A stretch of 32,000 bases of DNA from NCBI GenBank assembly GCA_964640155.1, contig CAZXEQ010000005.1, forward strand, positions 30,001-62,000. The letters run 5' to 3'. The DNA comes from an uncultured bacterium (lineage in GTDB: Bacteria > Auribacterota > JACPWU01). A model generated the notes under the pieces. That model saw only the letters and a program-made list of their open reading frames with translations, did no database searches and had not been told where the DNA came from. A program made the position numbers and the translations under genes. Shown in pieces: positions 8,060 through 15,724 of this stretch (position 1 is the stretch's first letter; the number at the start of each line of letters is the position of its first letter).

Positions 8060-9073
8060 ATGTTAAAAACAACGTTCAGTGAAAAAGAATTAAATAGATT
8101 AATCGAATTGGCGAAAGCTTCTGGACAAACAGATCTCATCGAAGAAATGCTTGGAACGATTCTAAGACTGATTGAAGATAAAACTGTCCGAGGCGATTTA
8201 AAAATCATTAATTCTGCTTTAAAAGAATTGCGCTATTCCTTTAAAGTTTTTTCTCCTTATCGAAATGTTCGAAAAGTTACTATTTTTGGTTCTGCTCGAA
8301 CACCCGAAGAAGCTCCCGAATATAAAATGGCTAAAGAGTTTTCCAGCAAACTTTGCAATGCGGGCTGGATGGCCATTACAGGAGCCGCCAGCGGTATCAT
8401 GAAAGCTGGCCACGAAGGAGCCGGACGAGAAAAAAGTTTTGGAGTGAACATCCGTCTACCCTTCGAACAAAAAGCCAACACCTTTATTGAAAACGACCCC
8501 AAACTCGTTAATTACAAATATTTTTTTACCCGAAAACTCATTTTTATTAAAGAGTCGGATGCCGTTGTTTTATTTCCAGGCGGATTTGGAACACATGATG
8601 AAGGATATGAAGCGCTCACCCTCATTCAAACTGGAAAATGTCCACCCCGCCCTTTAGTGATGGTAGCACCTGCCGGAAATAATTATTGGAAAGATTGGGA
8701 AAAGTATATTGGAGATCATCTTTTAAAAGCGCATCTCATTTCTCCTGAAGACATGCATCTGTTTAAGGTAACAGATTCAATTGATGAAGCTGTAGAAGAA
8801 CTTTTACGTTTTTACAAGATTTATCACTCATCTCGATTTGTCAGAGATCAATTTGTTTTGAGATTGAATCAAGATATTTCTGATGCAAATCTAGAAAAAT
8901 TAAATCAAAACTTTAAAGATATTTTGGATGAAGGACAAATCCAGAAATGTAAAGCAACATCTGAAGAAGCCAATGAACCTGACTTAATCCATCTTCCAAG
9001 ATTAATTATGAACTTTAACCGGAGAAGTTTTGGAAAACTCAGAGCTATGATCGATGCTATTAACCAATTTTAA
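8060..9073 (+). CDS. LOG/TIGR00730-family Rossmann-fold protein, long form
   Basis: LOG-type core VTIFGSAR ... ITGAASGIMKAGHEGA ... LFPGGFGTHDEGYEAL (the PGGxGTxxE motif). It has about 70 aa of N-terminal and about 100 aa of C-terminal extension. Confidence 0.8.
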   Translation: MLKTTFSEKELNRLIELAKASGQTDLIEEMLGTILRLIEDKTVRGDLKIINSALKELRYSFKVFSPYRNVRKVTIFGSARTPEEAPEYKMAKEFSSKLCNAGWMAITGAASGIMKAGHEGAGREKSFGVNIRLPFEQKANTFIENDPKLVNYKYFFTRKLIFIKESDAVVLFPGGFGTHDEGYEALTLIQTGKCPPRPLVMVAPAGNNYWKDWEKYIGDHLLKAHLISPEDMHLFKVTDSIDEAVEELLRFYKIYHSSRFVRDQFVLRLNQDISDANLEKLNQNFKDILDEGQIQKCKATSEEANEPDLIHLPRLIMNFNRRSFGKLRAMIDAINQF

Positions 9074-9093
9074 ATCTGACCATCAACTTTCTT

Positions 9094-9765
9094 ATGAGCC
9101 TTAAAGCCATTATTTTTGATTTTAATGGAGTTATTTCTAATGATGAACCCATTCATCTTAGAATGTTTCAAAAAGTTTTGAGAGAAGAAGGTATTCGTTT
9201 AACAGCAAAAGAATATTACAAACGTTATTTGGCCTTTGATGATAAAAATTGTTTCGAAAAAATCCTCTTAAAAAACCGAAAACCTATCCCCTTCCATAAG
9301 ATTCAAGAGCTTATTGAAAGAAAAGCAAAATATTACGAAGCCTATATTGAAAAATATCGTGTGATTTTCCCAGGTGCAAAGAAATGGATTTTAAAACTTT
9401 CTCGTCTTTATCCCCTAGCCATTGCTTCAGCTGCTCGAGGACATGAAATTCGATGGATTTTAAAAAAAGAGAAGCTTCTCAAAAAATTTAAAGTCATTGT
9501 TGGGGCGGAAGACACAAAAAAAAGCAAACCTGATCCTGAGAGCTATTTACTTGCTCTTAAAAAACTGAATCGCTTCAAAAAAATTCTACCTTCAGAATGT
9601 CTTATCATTGAAGACTCTATTGCGGGTATAGAAGGAGCTCACCGGGCTGGGATCAAATGCTTAGCTCTTGCTCACACCTACACCAAGAAAGAACTTCAAA
9701 AAGCAGATCTCGTGTTCAAAGGATATGAGGAAATGAATTTGAAGAAAATTCTGGAGATGTTTTAG
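9094..9765 (+). CDS. HAD-superfamily hydrolase, beta-phosphoglucomutase-like (subfamily IA)
   Basis: IIFDFNGVISNDE (motif I region), KSKPDPESYL (motif III Lys region), IEDSIAGIEGAHRAG (motif IV). Confidence 0.8.
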   Translation: MSLKAIIFDFNGVISNDEPIHLRMFQKVLREEGIRLTAKEYYKRYLAFDDKNCFEKILLKNRKPIPFHKIQELIERKAKYYEAYIEKYRVIFPGAKKWILKLSRLYPLAIASAARGHEIRWILKKEKLLKKFKVIVGAEDTKKSKPDPESYLLALKKLNRFKKILPSECLIIEDSIAGIEGAHRAGIKCLALAHTYTKKELQKADLVFKGYEEMNLKKILEMF

Positions 9766-9781
9766 GCTATACATCTCTATC

Positions 9782-9961
9782 TGGGTGGCGCAAATCTAGG
9801 GGGCCCCTTTCCCGCAAGGTCCTATGCGGACGAAGGCAAAGGGTTCCCCCTTTTTACATCCCTCAAACTTTTTCTTGCAAACGCATTAGAAGCAGACTAA
9901 GTCACGGGAGATGGAACCGCAGGACCTGAGGACAAAGGGGTAAGATTTGTGCCAGGACCCA
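9782..9961 (+). ncRNA. candidate ~180-nt rod-shaped structured RNA (6S-like overall architecture; identity unproven)
   Basis: GC-rich island between two convergent gene ends. Nested long-range helices: 9782-9786/9957-9961, 9787-9797/9943-9953 (11 bp, one G-T), 9804-9810/9934-9940, 9817-9823/9921-9927, 9826-9829/9917-9920, and an apical 9857-9864/9906-9913. The strand call is weak and rests only on G-T pairs. Confidence 0.35.
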
Positions 9962-9986
9962 CAATATCTTAAATAGAGAATTTCTA

Positions 9987-10220
9987 TTACTCAACAACAA
10001 TATTCGTCAAACTCTTGATGACACCAGGAATCATCTGGATTTTCATCACAATAGACTCTCCCAAGATTGAAAGATCGGGAGCTTCGACGAAACAGACCAA
10101 ATCATAAGGGCCTGTGACAATATGAGAACGTTTTACAAAAGGAAACTTAAGTATTTCTTCTCGTACAGATTTAGATTTTCCATGAGCAATTTCAACAAAA
10201 ATATAAGCGCTGATAGACAT
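9987..10220 (-). CDS. stand-alone Lrp/AsnC-type RAM (ligand-binding) domain protein
   Basis: 77 aa. The pattern AYIFVEI...V...L..FPFVKRSHIVTGPYDLVCFVEAPDL..L..IV..IQMIPGV..S.T matches the C-terminal domain of Lrp/AsnC regulators, without the HTH. GAGG lies 5 nt upstream of the ATG. Confidence 0.75.
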   Translation of the reverse strand: MSISAYIFVEIAHGKSKSVREEILKFPFVKRSHIVTGPYDLVCFVEAPDLSILGESIVMKIQMIPGVIKSLTNIVVE

Positions 10221-10232
10221 AATGACCTCAAA

Positions 10233-10988
10233 TTAACTTTTACTTTTATTCATAAAACTTTCTAATAAATTAATTGGTAGTGGAAATACCACCGTCGTAT
10301 TTTTCTCAGTCCCAATCTCTGTTAAAGTCTGAAGATATCTCAATTGAATCGCTACAGGCTCTTGAGCAATGATTTGAGAAGCTTCATAAAGTCGCTGAGA
10401 TGCTTGAAATTCGCCTTCCGCATGAATGATTTTAGCTCTTCTTTCTCTTTCGGCTTCAGCTTGTCTAGATATCGCACGAATCATTTCTGGAGGAAGATCC
10501 ACTTGTTTGACTTCAACCAAAGCAATTTTAATCCCCCAAGGATCAGTATGTTTATCCAAAATATTTTGAAGTCTCACATTTAAGTTTTCTCTTTTACTCA
10601 AAAGATCATCTAATTCGACTTCTCCTAACACAGATCTTAACGTGGTCTGAGCCAATTGAGACGTGGCATAAAGAAAGTTTTCTACATCAATAATGGCCCG
10701 AATAGGATTCACAACTCTAAAATAGGTTACTGCATTCACTTTTACAGAGACATTGTCTTTGGTCACAATGTCTTGGGGAGGAACTTCTAAAGTAATGGTT
10801 CTTAAAGAAACACGTACCATGCGATCCAAAGGCCAGAAAACAAAAATCAAACCAGGACCTTTGGCTTCTCCCAGCACACGACCTAAACGAAAGATAACCC
10901 CTCTTTCATATTCATTCAAAATTTTAATTACGCTCAGCAAATAAAAAACAACAATACCCACAACGATGATTAAAGGCGACATGAACAT
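10233..10988 (-). CDS. SPFH/band-7 (stomatin-like) membrane protein
   Basis: N-terminal TM segment, then the SPFH core ([11 protein letters not shown]...VNAVTYFRV...[10 protein letters not shown]), followed by a coiled-coil [11 protein letters not shown] segment. Confidence 0.9.
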   Translation of the reverse strand: MFMSPLIIVVGIVVFYLLSVIKILNEYERGVIFRLGRVLGEAKGPGLIFVFWPLDRMVRVSLRTITLEVPPQDIVTKDNVSVKVNAVTYFRVVNPIRAIIDVENFLYATSQLAQTTLRSVLGEVELDDLLSKRENLNVRLQNILDKHTDPWGIKIALVEVKQVDLPPEMIRAISRQAEAERERRAKIIHAEGEFQASQRLYEASQIIAQEPVAIQLRYLQTLTEIGTEKNTTVVFPLPINLLESFMNKSKS

Positions 10989-11004
10989 ATGATAACTCCT
11001 TATT

Positions 11005-12309
11005 TTAGTCCTCTTTGACTTCTTCTACGATTAATTTCAAATCTCTTACTTCTATCACACGGACTTTTCGTCCTTTAGCAACTTCTAATTTAGAAGTTGC
11101 GTCCCAATACTCTCCTCGGACGTGAACTTTCCCTTCAGGCTCAAGTTCAGTATAGGCAATCCCCTCAAGCCCTATCATTGCCTCATTACCTGTTTGAATT
11201 TTTTGACTCATCGAACGAAAAGCAAGTCGAACTAAAAACATCAAAATAAGACCAAAAGGAATCACAACAGACAAAGCAATCGGCAAAGTAATTCTTAAAG
11301 CAGGATCCGGAGTATCAATCAAAATCAATATCCCAATAAACATTGCAATAAACCCCCCAATTCCCAAAACCCCGAAACCCTGAACTTTAATTTCTGCAAT
11401 AAAAAGACCTATCGCTAGAATCATCAAAAGAGCCCCAACAAAATTAATAGGTAAAAATGAAAAACCTATAAAAGACAGAATAAGAGAAAGTGCCCCAATG
11501 ACTCCTGGCATAATCAGTCCTGGATGGGCAAATTCAAAATAAAGAAGGAGCAGTCCTGCTAAACCTAAAAGCAATGCAAAAGTAGCATCACTGATGGCTA
11601 GAAGAACTTTTTGACGTAAGGTTAAGACATAAACTTTTATGGTTTCTAATTTTTCCGGTAAAACAACTTCATTATCATTAAAACGATGTATTTTTCTTCC
11701 TTGAAGCATTTTCAAAAGTTCATTTTCATCTTTTGCAATAAGATCAATTAACTGAGTTTTTAAAGCTTCTTCAGCCGTAAAAGATTTACTTTCTGAAATT
11801 CCTTTTTCTGCTAGTTCCATGTTACGTTTTCTTTTTTCCACAATGCTTTTCAAATAGGCCTTGGCATCATTCTCTGATTTTTCAGTCAAAGTCTTCATGC
11901 CCCCACTTTCGCTCGCTACGGGGAAAACCCCTCCAATCGATAGCACAGGATGAGCCGCTCCGGTATTAGTCCCAGGAGCCATACAGGCCAAATCACTGGC
12001 GAGTAAAATAAAAAAACCTGCGGAAGCAGCCCTGGCTCCTGATGGAGCCACATACGCAATGATAGGAATAGAACTGGTAAGGACTTTCTCGATAATCTTT
12101 CTCATGGCAAGATCAAAACCACCAGGAGTATTTAAGCGTAAAATAACAAAAGGGGCTTTCTCGACTTCAGCCTGATCCATCGCTTGAACAACATAATCTG
12201 CAAGCACACTGTTGATGGGACCTTCAATGTCAATACGCACAGGCTCGGCAGAAAAACAAGAAGCTTTCACAAGAAAAAACGAAACAATCAGAAACAAAAT
12301 ACGTTTCAT
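11005..12309 (-). CDS. NfeD-family membrane-bound serine protease (ClpP-class N-domain, TM block, C-terminal NfeD OB-fold)
   Basis: Signal peptide, a ClpP-like region (LNTPGG...[11 protein letters not shown]), four or five TM helices, and a C-terminal tail [14 protein letters not shown]...GRKVRVIEV. It lies directly upstream of the SPFH gene, the classic pairing. Confidence 0.85.
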   Translation of the reverse strand: MKRILFLIVSFFLVKASCFSAEPVRIDIEGPINSVLADYVVQAMDQAEVEKAPFVILRLNTPGGFDLAMRKIIEKVLTSSIPIIAYVAPSGARAASAGFFILLASDLACMAPGTNTGAAHPVLSIGGVFPVASESGGMKTLTEKSENDAKAYLKSIVEKRKRNMELAEKGISESKSFTAEEALKTQLIDLIAKDENELLKMLQGRKIHRFNDNEVVLPEKLETIKVYVLTLRQKVLLAISDATFALLLGLAGLLLLYFEFAHPGLIMPGVIGALSLILSFIGFSFLPINFVGALLMILAIGLFIAEIKVQGFGVLGIGGFIAMFIGILILIDTPDPALRITLPIALSVVIPFGLILMFLVRLAFRSMSQKIQTGNEAMIGLEGIAYTELEPEGKVHVRGEYWDATSKLEVAKGRKVRVIEVRDLKLIVEEVKED

Positions 12310-12328
12310 GTAACAGTCCTCATAGAAT

Positions 12329-12406
12329 AGTCACCTGTCCCCAGTCACCAGTTGTTTGAAATAATTATATTCCTTAATGACCGGGGAACCGGAGACTGGA
12401 GACTGG
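12329..12406 (-). promoter_or_regulatory. possible promoter/operator of the nfeD operon: four AGTC(A/T)CC heptamers bracketing a perfect TATAAT
   Basis: Plus strand: agtcacc at 12329-12335 and 12343-12349, ggagact at 12391-12397 and 12398-12404 (revcomp agtctcc). Minus strand: TATAAT equals plus-strand attata at 12364-12369. GAGGA lies 8 nt before the nfeD ATG at 12309. The arms can also pair: 12341-12352 with 12395-12406, 11 of 12 bp. Confidence 0.3.
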
Positions 12407-12415
12407 TAACTTTTT

Positions 12416-14089
12416 TTATCCGCAAACTGCTCCTTGAGCTGAAGATCCTACTAGTTTCGCATACTTCGCCATCACCCCTTTGGTATAGTGAGGAGCAGGC
12501 GGCGTCCACTTTTTCAAACGCGCTTGAATTTCACTTTCTGATAATTCCACATTTAATTTACGATTGTCCAAATCAAAAACAATATTGTCTCCATCTTCAA
12601 GCGCAGCAATTGGGCCTCCAACTGCTGCTTCTGGAGCAACGTGTCCAGCCATCAAACCATGGGTAGCGCCTGAGAAACGTCCATCCGTTAAAAGAGCAAC
12701 AGATTCCCCTAGCCCCTCACCTACAAGGGCTGCCGTAACCGCTAGCATCTCTCGCATCCCTGGCCCCCCTTTAGGGCCCTCATATCTAATCACCATCACA
12801 TCACCTGCTTTTATTTTACGCTGTCCTACGGCTTTAAAAGCATCTTCTTCACAATTGAAAACACGCGCAGGTCCTTTGTGAAATTTTCTTTCATGTCCAG
12901 CTACTTTCAAAACACAACCTTCAGGAGCGAGATTTCCTTTTAAAATAACAAAACCACCGGTTGGTTTTAAAGGATTTGAAAGGGGGCGAACCACCACCTG
13001 ATCTTTGGTCTCCTGGGCACCTTGACATTCTTCACTTATGGTTTTACCAGTCACCGTCATTTCTTTTTCATGAAGTAATTTTGCATCTGAAAGTCTCTTA
13101 CCTATCAAGCGTGTGCCTCCCACTCGATAAAGGTCAGGAGCAACAAAACGACCTCCTGGTTTTAAATCTGCTAAAAGAGGTGTGCGTGAACTGATTTTAT
13201 CAAAATCATCGATAGACAAAGGAATACCCAATTCATGGGCTATCGCCAAAAGATGAAGCACCCCATTGGTAGATCCTCCCGTCATAGCAATAGAAGCAAT
13301 CGCATTTTCAATCGATTGCCGTGTCATAATTTTTGAAGGAGTCAAACCTCTCTTCAAAATATCCATCACGAGTCTTCCTGTTTCAAATGCAGCATCATCT
13401 TTTTTAGGATCCATGGCAGGAACACCTGCGCTCCCCATGGCTGAAATTCCAAGCATTTCCATCGCAATCGCCATGGTATTAGCCGTAAATTGACCTCCAC
13501 AAGCTCCGGGTCCTGGACAGGCGTGATTTTCCAAATCTGCTAATTCTTTGGATGTCATTTTCCCTGCCGCACAAGCCCCTACTGCTTCAAAAACATCCTG
13601 AATCGTAACATCTCTATTTTGAAATTGTCCCGGCATAATCGAACCACCATAAAGCATCACAGAGGGAAGATTTAATCGAGCCAAAGCCATCACTGTTCCT
13701 GGAATGGTTTTATCACAGCCCGATAATGCGACCACTGCATCAAAAAGATGGCCTCTCACCACCAATTCAATAGAATCAGCAATCACTTCACGACTGATCA
13801 AAGAGGCTTTCATCCCCTCTGTGCCCATGCTGATCCCATCTGAAACAGCAATGGTATTAAATTCGATAGGGGTTCCTCCTGCAGCTCGAATGCCTTCTTT
13901 CACTTTTTCTGAGAGGCGGCGCAAATGAAAATTACAAGGCATCACTTCAATCCATGTATTCGCCACTCCAATCAAAGGTTTGCGTAAATCTTCATCTGTA
14001 AAGCCAATGGATTTCATCATGGCTCGTGTCGGAGCTCGATCGACACCATCCGTTAAAGCAGAACTACGATGTTTCAAATTTGCTGTCAT
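12416..14089 (-). CDS. ilvD: dihydroxy-acid dehydratase
   Basis: IlvD/Edd hallmarks [29 protein letters not shown] and SGCDKTIPG. The track ORF extends to a TTG at 14284 through repeat copy C. The ATG at 14089 ([15 protein letters not shown]) gives the usual ~557 aa and has GGAG 9 nt upstream. Confidence 0.95.
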   Translation of the reverse strand: MTANLKHRSSALTDGVDRAPTRAMMKSIGFTDEDLRKPLIGVANTWIEVMPCNFHLRRLSEKVKEGIRAAGGTPIEFNTIAVSDGISMGTEGMKASLISREVIADSIELVVRGHLFDAVVALSGCDKTIPGTVMALARLNLPSVMLYGGSIMPGQFQNRDVTIQDVFEAVGACAAGKMTSKELADLENHACPGPGACGGQFTANTMAIAMEMLGISAMGSAGVPAMDPKKDDAAFETGRLVMDILKRGLTPSKIMTRQSIENAIASIAMTGGSTNGVLHLLAIAHELGIPLSIDDFDKISSRTPLLADLKPGGRFVAPDLYRVGGTRLIGKRLSDAKLLHEKEMTVTGKTISEECQGAQETKDQVVVRPLSNPLKPTGGFVILKGNLAPEGCVLKVAGHERKFHKGPARVFNCEEDAFKAVGQRKIKAGDVMVIRYEGPKGGPGMREMLAVTAALVGEGLGESVALLTDGRFSGATHGLMAGHVAPEAAVGGPIAALEDGDNIVFDLDNRKLNVELSESEIQARLKKWTPPAPHYTKGVMAKYAKLVGSSAQGAVCG

Positions 14090-14132
14090 TTCATCAACTC
14101 CAAAATTATATGTTAGAAAAAATCGACTTTTA

Positions 14133-14141
14133 ATATTACCA
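14133..14141 (-). promoter_or_regulatory. possible extended -10 element (TGgTAATAT) for ilvD
   Basis: The reverse complement of 14133-14141 reads tggtaatat, about 45 nt upstream of the ilvD ATG. I found no convincing -35. Confidence 0.25.
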
Positions 14142-14200
14142 TAAGCAAGATAATGAAAAAAGTGTTCAAAAACATGTTTGACTTGTAAATTTCGTATATC

Positions 14201-14322
14201 AAAGCGCGTTGTTCTAGATGCGGGTGACACTCGGCGGGGGGCCCCATCGAGCGCAACTTTTGGTGAGCACGATGGGGCTGTCAAGTGGCAGGACTCGCTG
14301 CTATGTTAAAAAACACACTTTT
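14201..14322 (+). repeat. GC-rich hairpin repeat, copy C
   Basis: Core 14220-14298: gcgggtgacactcggcggggggccccatcgagcgcaacttttggtgagcacgatggggctgtcaagtggcaggactcgc. The flanks are homologous to those of copy B (revcomp right flank: aaagtgtgttttttaacatagca). Confidence 0.85.
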
Positions 14323-14343
14323 ACAATATTCATTAACAAAGTT

Positions 14344-15102
14344 ATGACACTATCCTACAAAATGTTATTTAAACGACTTTTTTTATTTTTTACATCTTTT
14401 ATAATGATTTCAACAAATGATATCTTCCCTGATGCTCATTCAAATAGTTCAGAATCTCTTTTAAAAATGATTCAAGACAATGAGAAAGAACTTGAGCAAA
14501 ATCCTCACAACGATGAAATCGCATGGAAACTTTCAAAAAATTATTCTGATTTTTCTGAAACTCTTAAAGACGTCTCAAAAAGAAAAGAAGCCCAACAAAA
14601 AGCCATTGATTGGGCTAAAAAGTCAATTGAACTAAATCCTAACAATTCCAAAGGTCATCTTTATTTAGCTATTTCTTTGGGAAGAAGCGTAGAACATCAA
14701 GGAGCCAAAGAAAAAATCCGACTCTCAAAGGAGATTAAAGCAGAAGCGCAAAAGACTGTGGAGTTAAATTCCGAAGAATATTTAGCCTGGCATATTCTGG
14801 GATGTTGGAATCACGAGATGGCAACACTCAATTGGGTGGAAAGAAAATTTGCGGATCTTTTTTTAGGAGGACTTCCTAAAGATGCCTCTTTAGAAAAAGC
14901 AGTGGAATGTTTCACAAAAGCCATTCGGATTAATCCTGATGTGATCGTTCAACATTTAGAGCTGGGGAAAACATATGCATCACTAGATATAAAAGAAAAA
15001 GCAGTTATAGAATATGAGAAAGTCATGAAACTTCCCCTTTATAGCTCCGAAGACCACAAGTATAAAGAAGAAGCTAAAAAACTGTTGAAAAAATTGAAGT
15101 AA
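14344..15102 (+). CDS. secreted TPR-like repeat protein
   Basis: The track ORF starts at 14218, inside repeat C. The ATG at 14344 gives MTLSYKMLFKRLFLFFTSFIMIST, a hydrophobic leader. The body has TPR-like helical repeats (AIDWAKKSIELNPNNSKGHLYLA, AVECFTKAIRINPD). Confidence 0.7.
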   Translation: MTLSYKMLFKRLFLFFTSFIMISTNDIFPDAHSNSSESLLKMIQDNEKELEQNPHNDEIAWKLSKNYSDFSETLKDVSKRKEAQQKAIDWAKKSIELNPNNSKGHLYLAISLGRSVEHQGAKEKIRLSKEIKAEAQKTVELNSEEYLAWHILGCWNHEMATLNWVERKFADLFLGGLPKDASLEKAVECFTKAIRINPDVIVQHLELGKTYASLDIKEKAVIEYEKVMKLPLYSSEDHKYKEEAKKLLKKLK

Positions 15103-15147
15103 AAAGCAAGAAACTGATAGAATAGTTCATTGAGAGGAGACCTACAT

Positions 15148-15702
15148 ATGACCTTCTGGATTTTTATTGCAGTCATTGTTTTGATCGCTTTAACCATTAT
15201 ATCCATTTACAACAGCCTGGTCAGTCTTCGATTCAAGGTCAAAAATGCGTGGGCTCAGATTGATGTTCAGCTAAAACGGCGTTTTGATTTGATTCCCAAT
15301 CTTATTGAAACATGTAAGGGCTATCTGAAGCATGAAAGAGAAACTCTTGAGAAAGTAGTTCAGGCAAGAAATATGGGAATACAGGCAACAGGCGCACAAT
15401 CTAAGGCTCAAGCCAATAACATGCTTACAGAAAGTTTAAAATCGCTTTTTGCTGTCGTTGAAAGTTATCCAGATCTTAAAGCCAATCAAAATATGCTTTC
15501 CTTGCAGGCAGAGCTTGCTTCAACTGAAAACCAAATCAGTTCTGCTCGAGCCTTCTACAATAATTCTGTCCAATACTACAATACAAAGTTAGAAACTTTT
15601 CCTTCAAATTTAATTGCAGGATTTTTCAAATTTAATCCTGAAGAATTTTTCAGTGCACCAACTGCCGAGGAAAGACAAGTCCCTAAAGTTAATTTTTCTT
15701 AA
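15148..15702 (+). CDS. lemA: LemA-family membrane protein
   Basis: N-terminal TM segment followed by the LemA signature YNSLV..R..V.NAW.QIDVQLKRR.DLIPNL and SARAFYNNSVQYYNT. The track TTG at 15130 contains the RBS (GAGAGGAGA) for the ATG at 15148. Confidence 0.9.
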   Translation: MTFWIFIAVIVLIALTIISIYNSLVSLRFKVKNAWAQIDVQLKRRFDLIPNLIETCKGYLKHERETLEKVVQARNMGIQATGAQSKAQANNMLTESLKSLFAVVESYPDLKANQNMLSLQAELASTENQISSARAFYNNSVQYYNTKLETFPSNLIAGFFKFNPEEFFSAPTAEERQVPKVNFS

Positions 15703-15724
15703 AACCTTTGATTCTAAGTGGAGA

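Noticed and set aside
7887-8208. Track ORFs 7887..8072 and 8005..8208 on the minus strand.
   Set aside because: The first is a read-through of the GC-rich palindromic element. The second is antisense to the start of the LOG gene. Neither has an RBS or a recognisable motif.
9824-9889. 21-codon ORF (MRTKAKGSPFLHPSNFFLQTH) inside the structured element.
   Set aside because: It lies within strongly paired segments, has only a weak AAGG upstream, and has no supporting features. It is probably fortuitous.
9877-9900. tmRNA-like tag reading frame inside the 9782-9961 element: gca aac gca tta gaa gca gac taa, which translates as ANALEAD-stop.
   Set aside because: There is no tRNA-like domain, no T-arm (GGTTCGA-type) and no acceptor/CCA end anywhere nearby. 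The element is about half the length of a tmRNA. The tag is very short and lacks the usual hydrophobic LAA-type end.
9782-9961. SRP (4.5S) RNA or RNase P RNA.
   Set aside because: No GNRA-capped helix 8 with flanking AGCA/AGG loop motifs could be placed. The aggtcc segment pairs long-range instead. There is no GAGGAAAGTCC-type P4 sequence, and the length is wrong for RNase P.
12352-12666. 104-aa plus-strand ORF starting in the nfeD/ilvD intergenic region.
   Set aside because: Most of it is antisense to the conserved C-terminus of ilvD, and it has no motifs.
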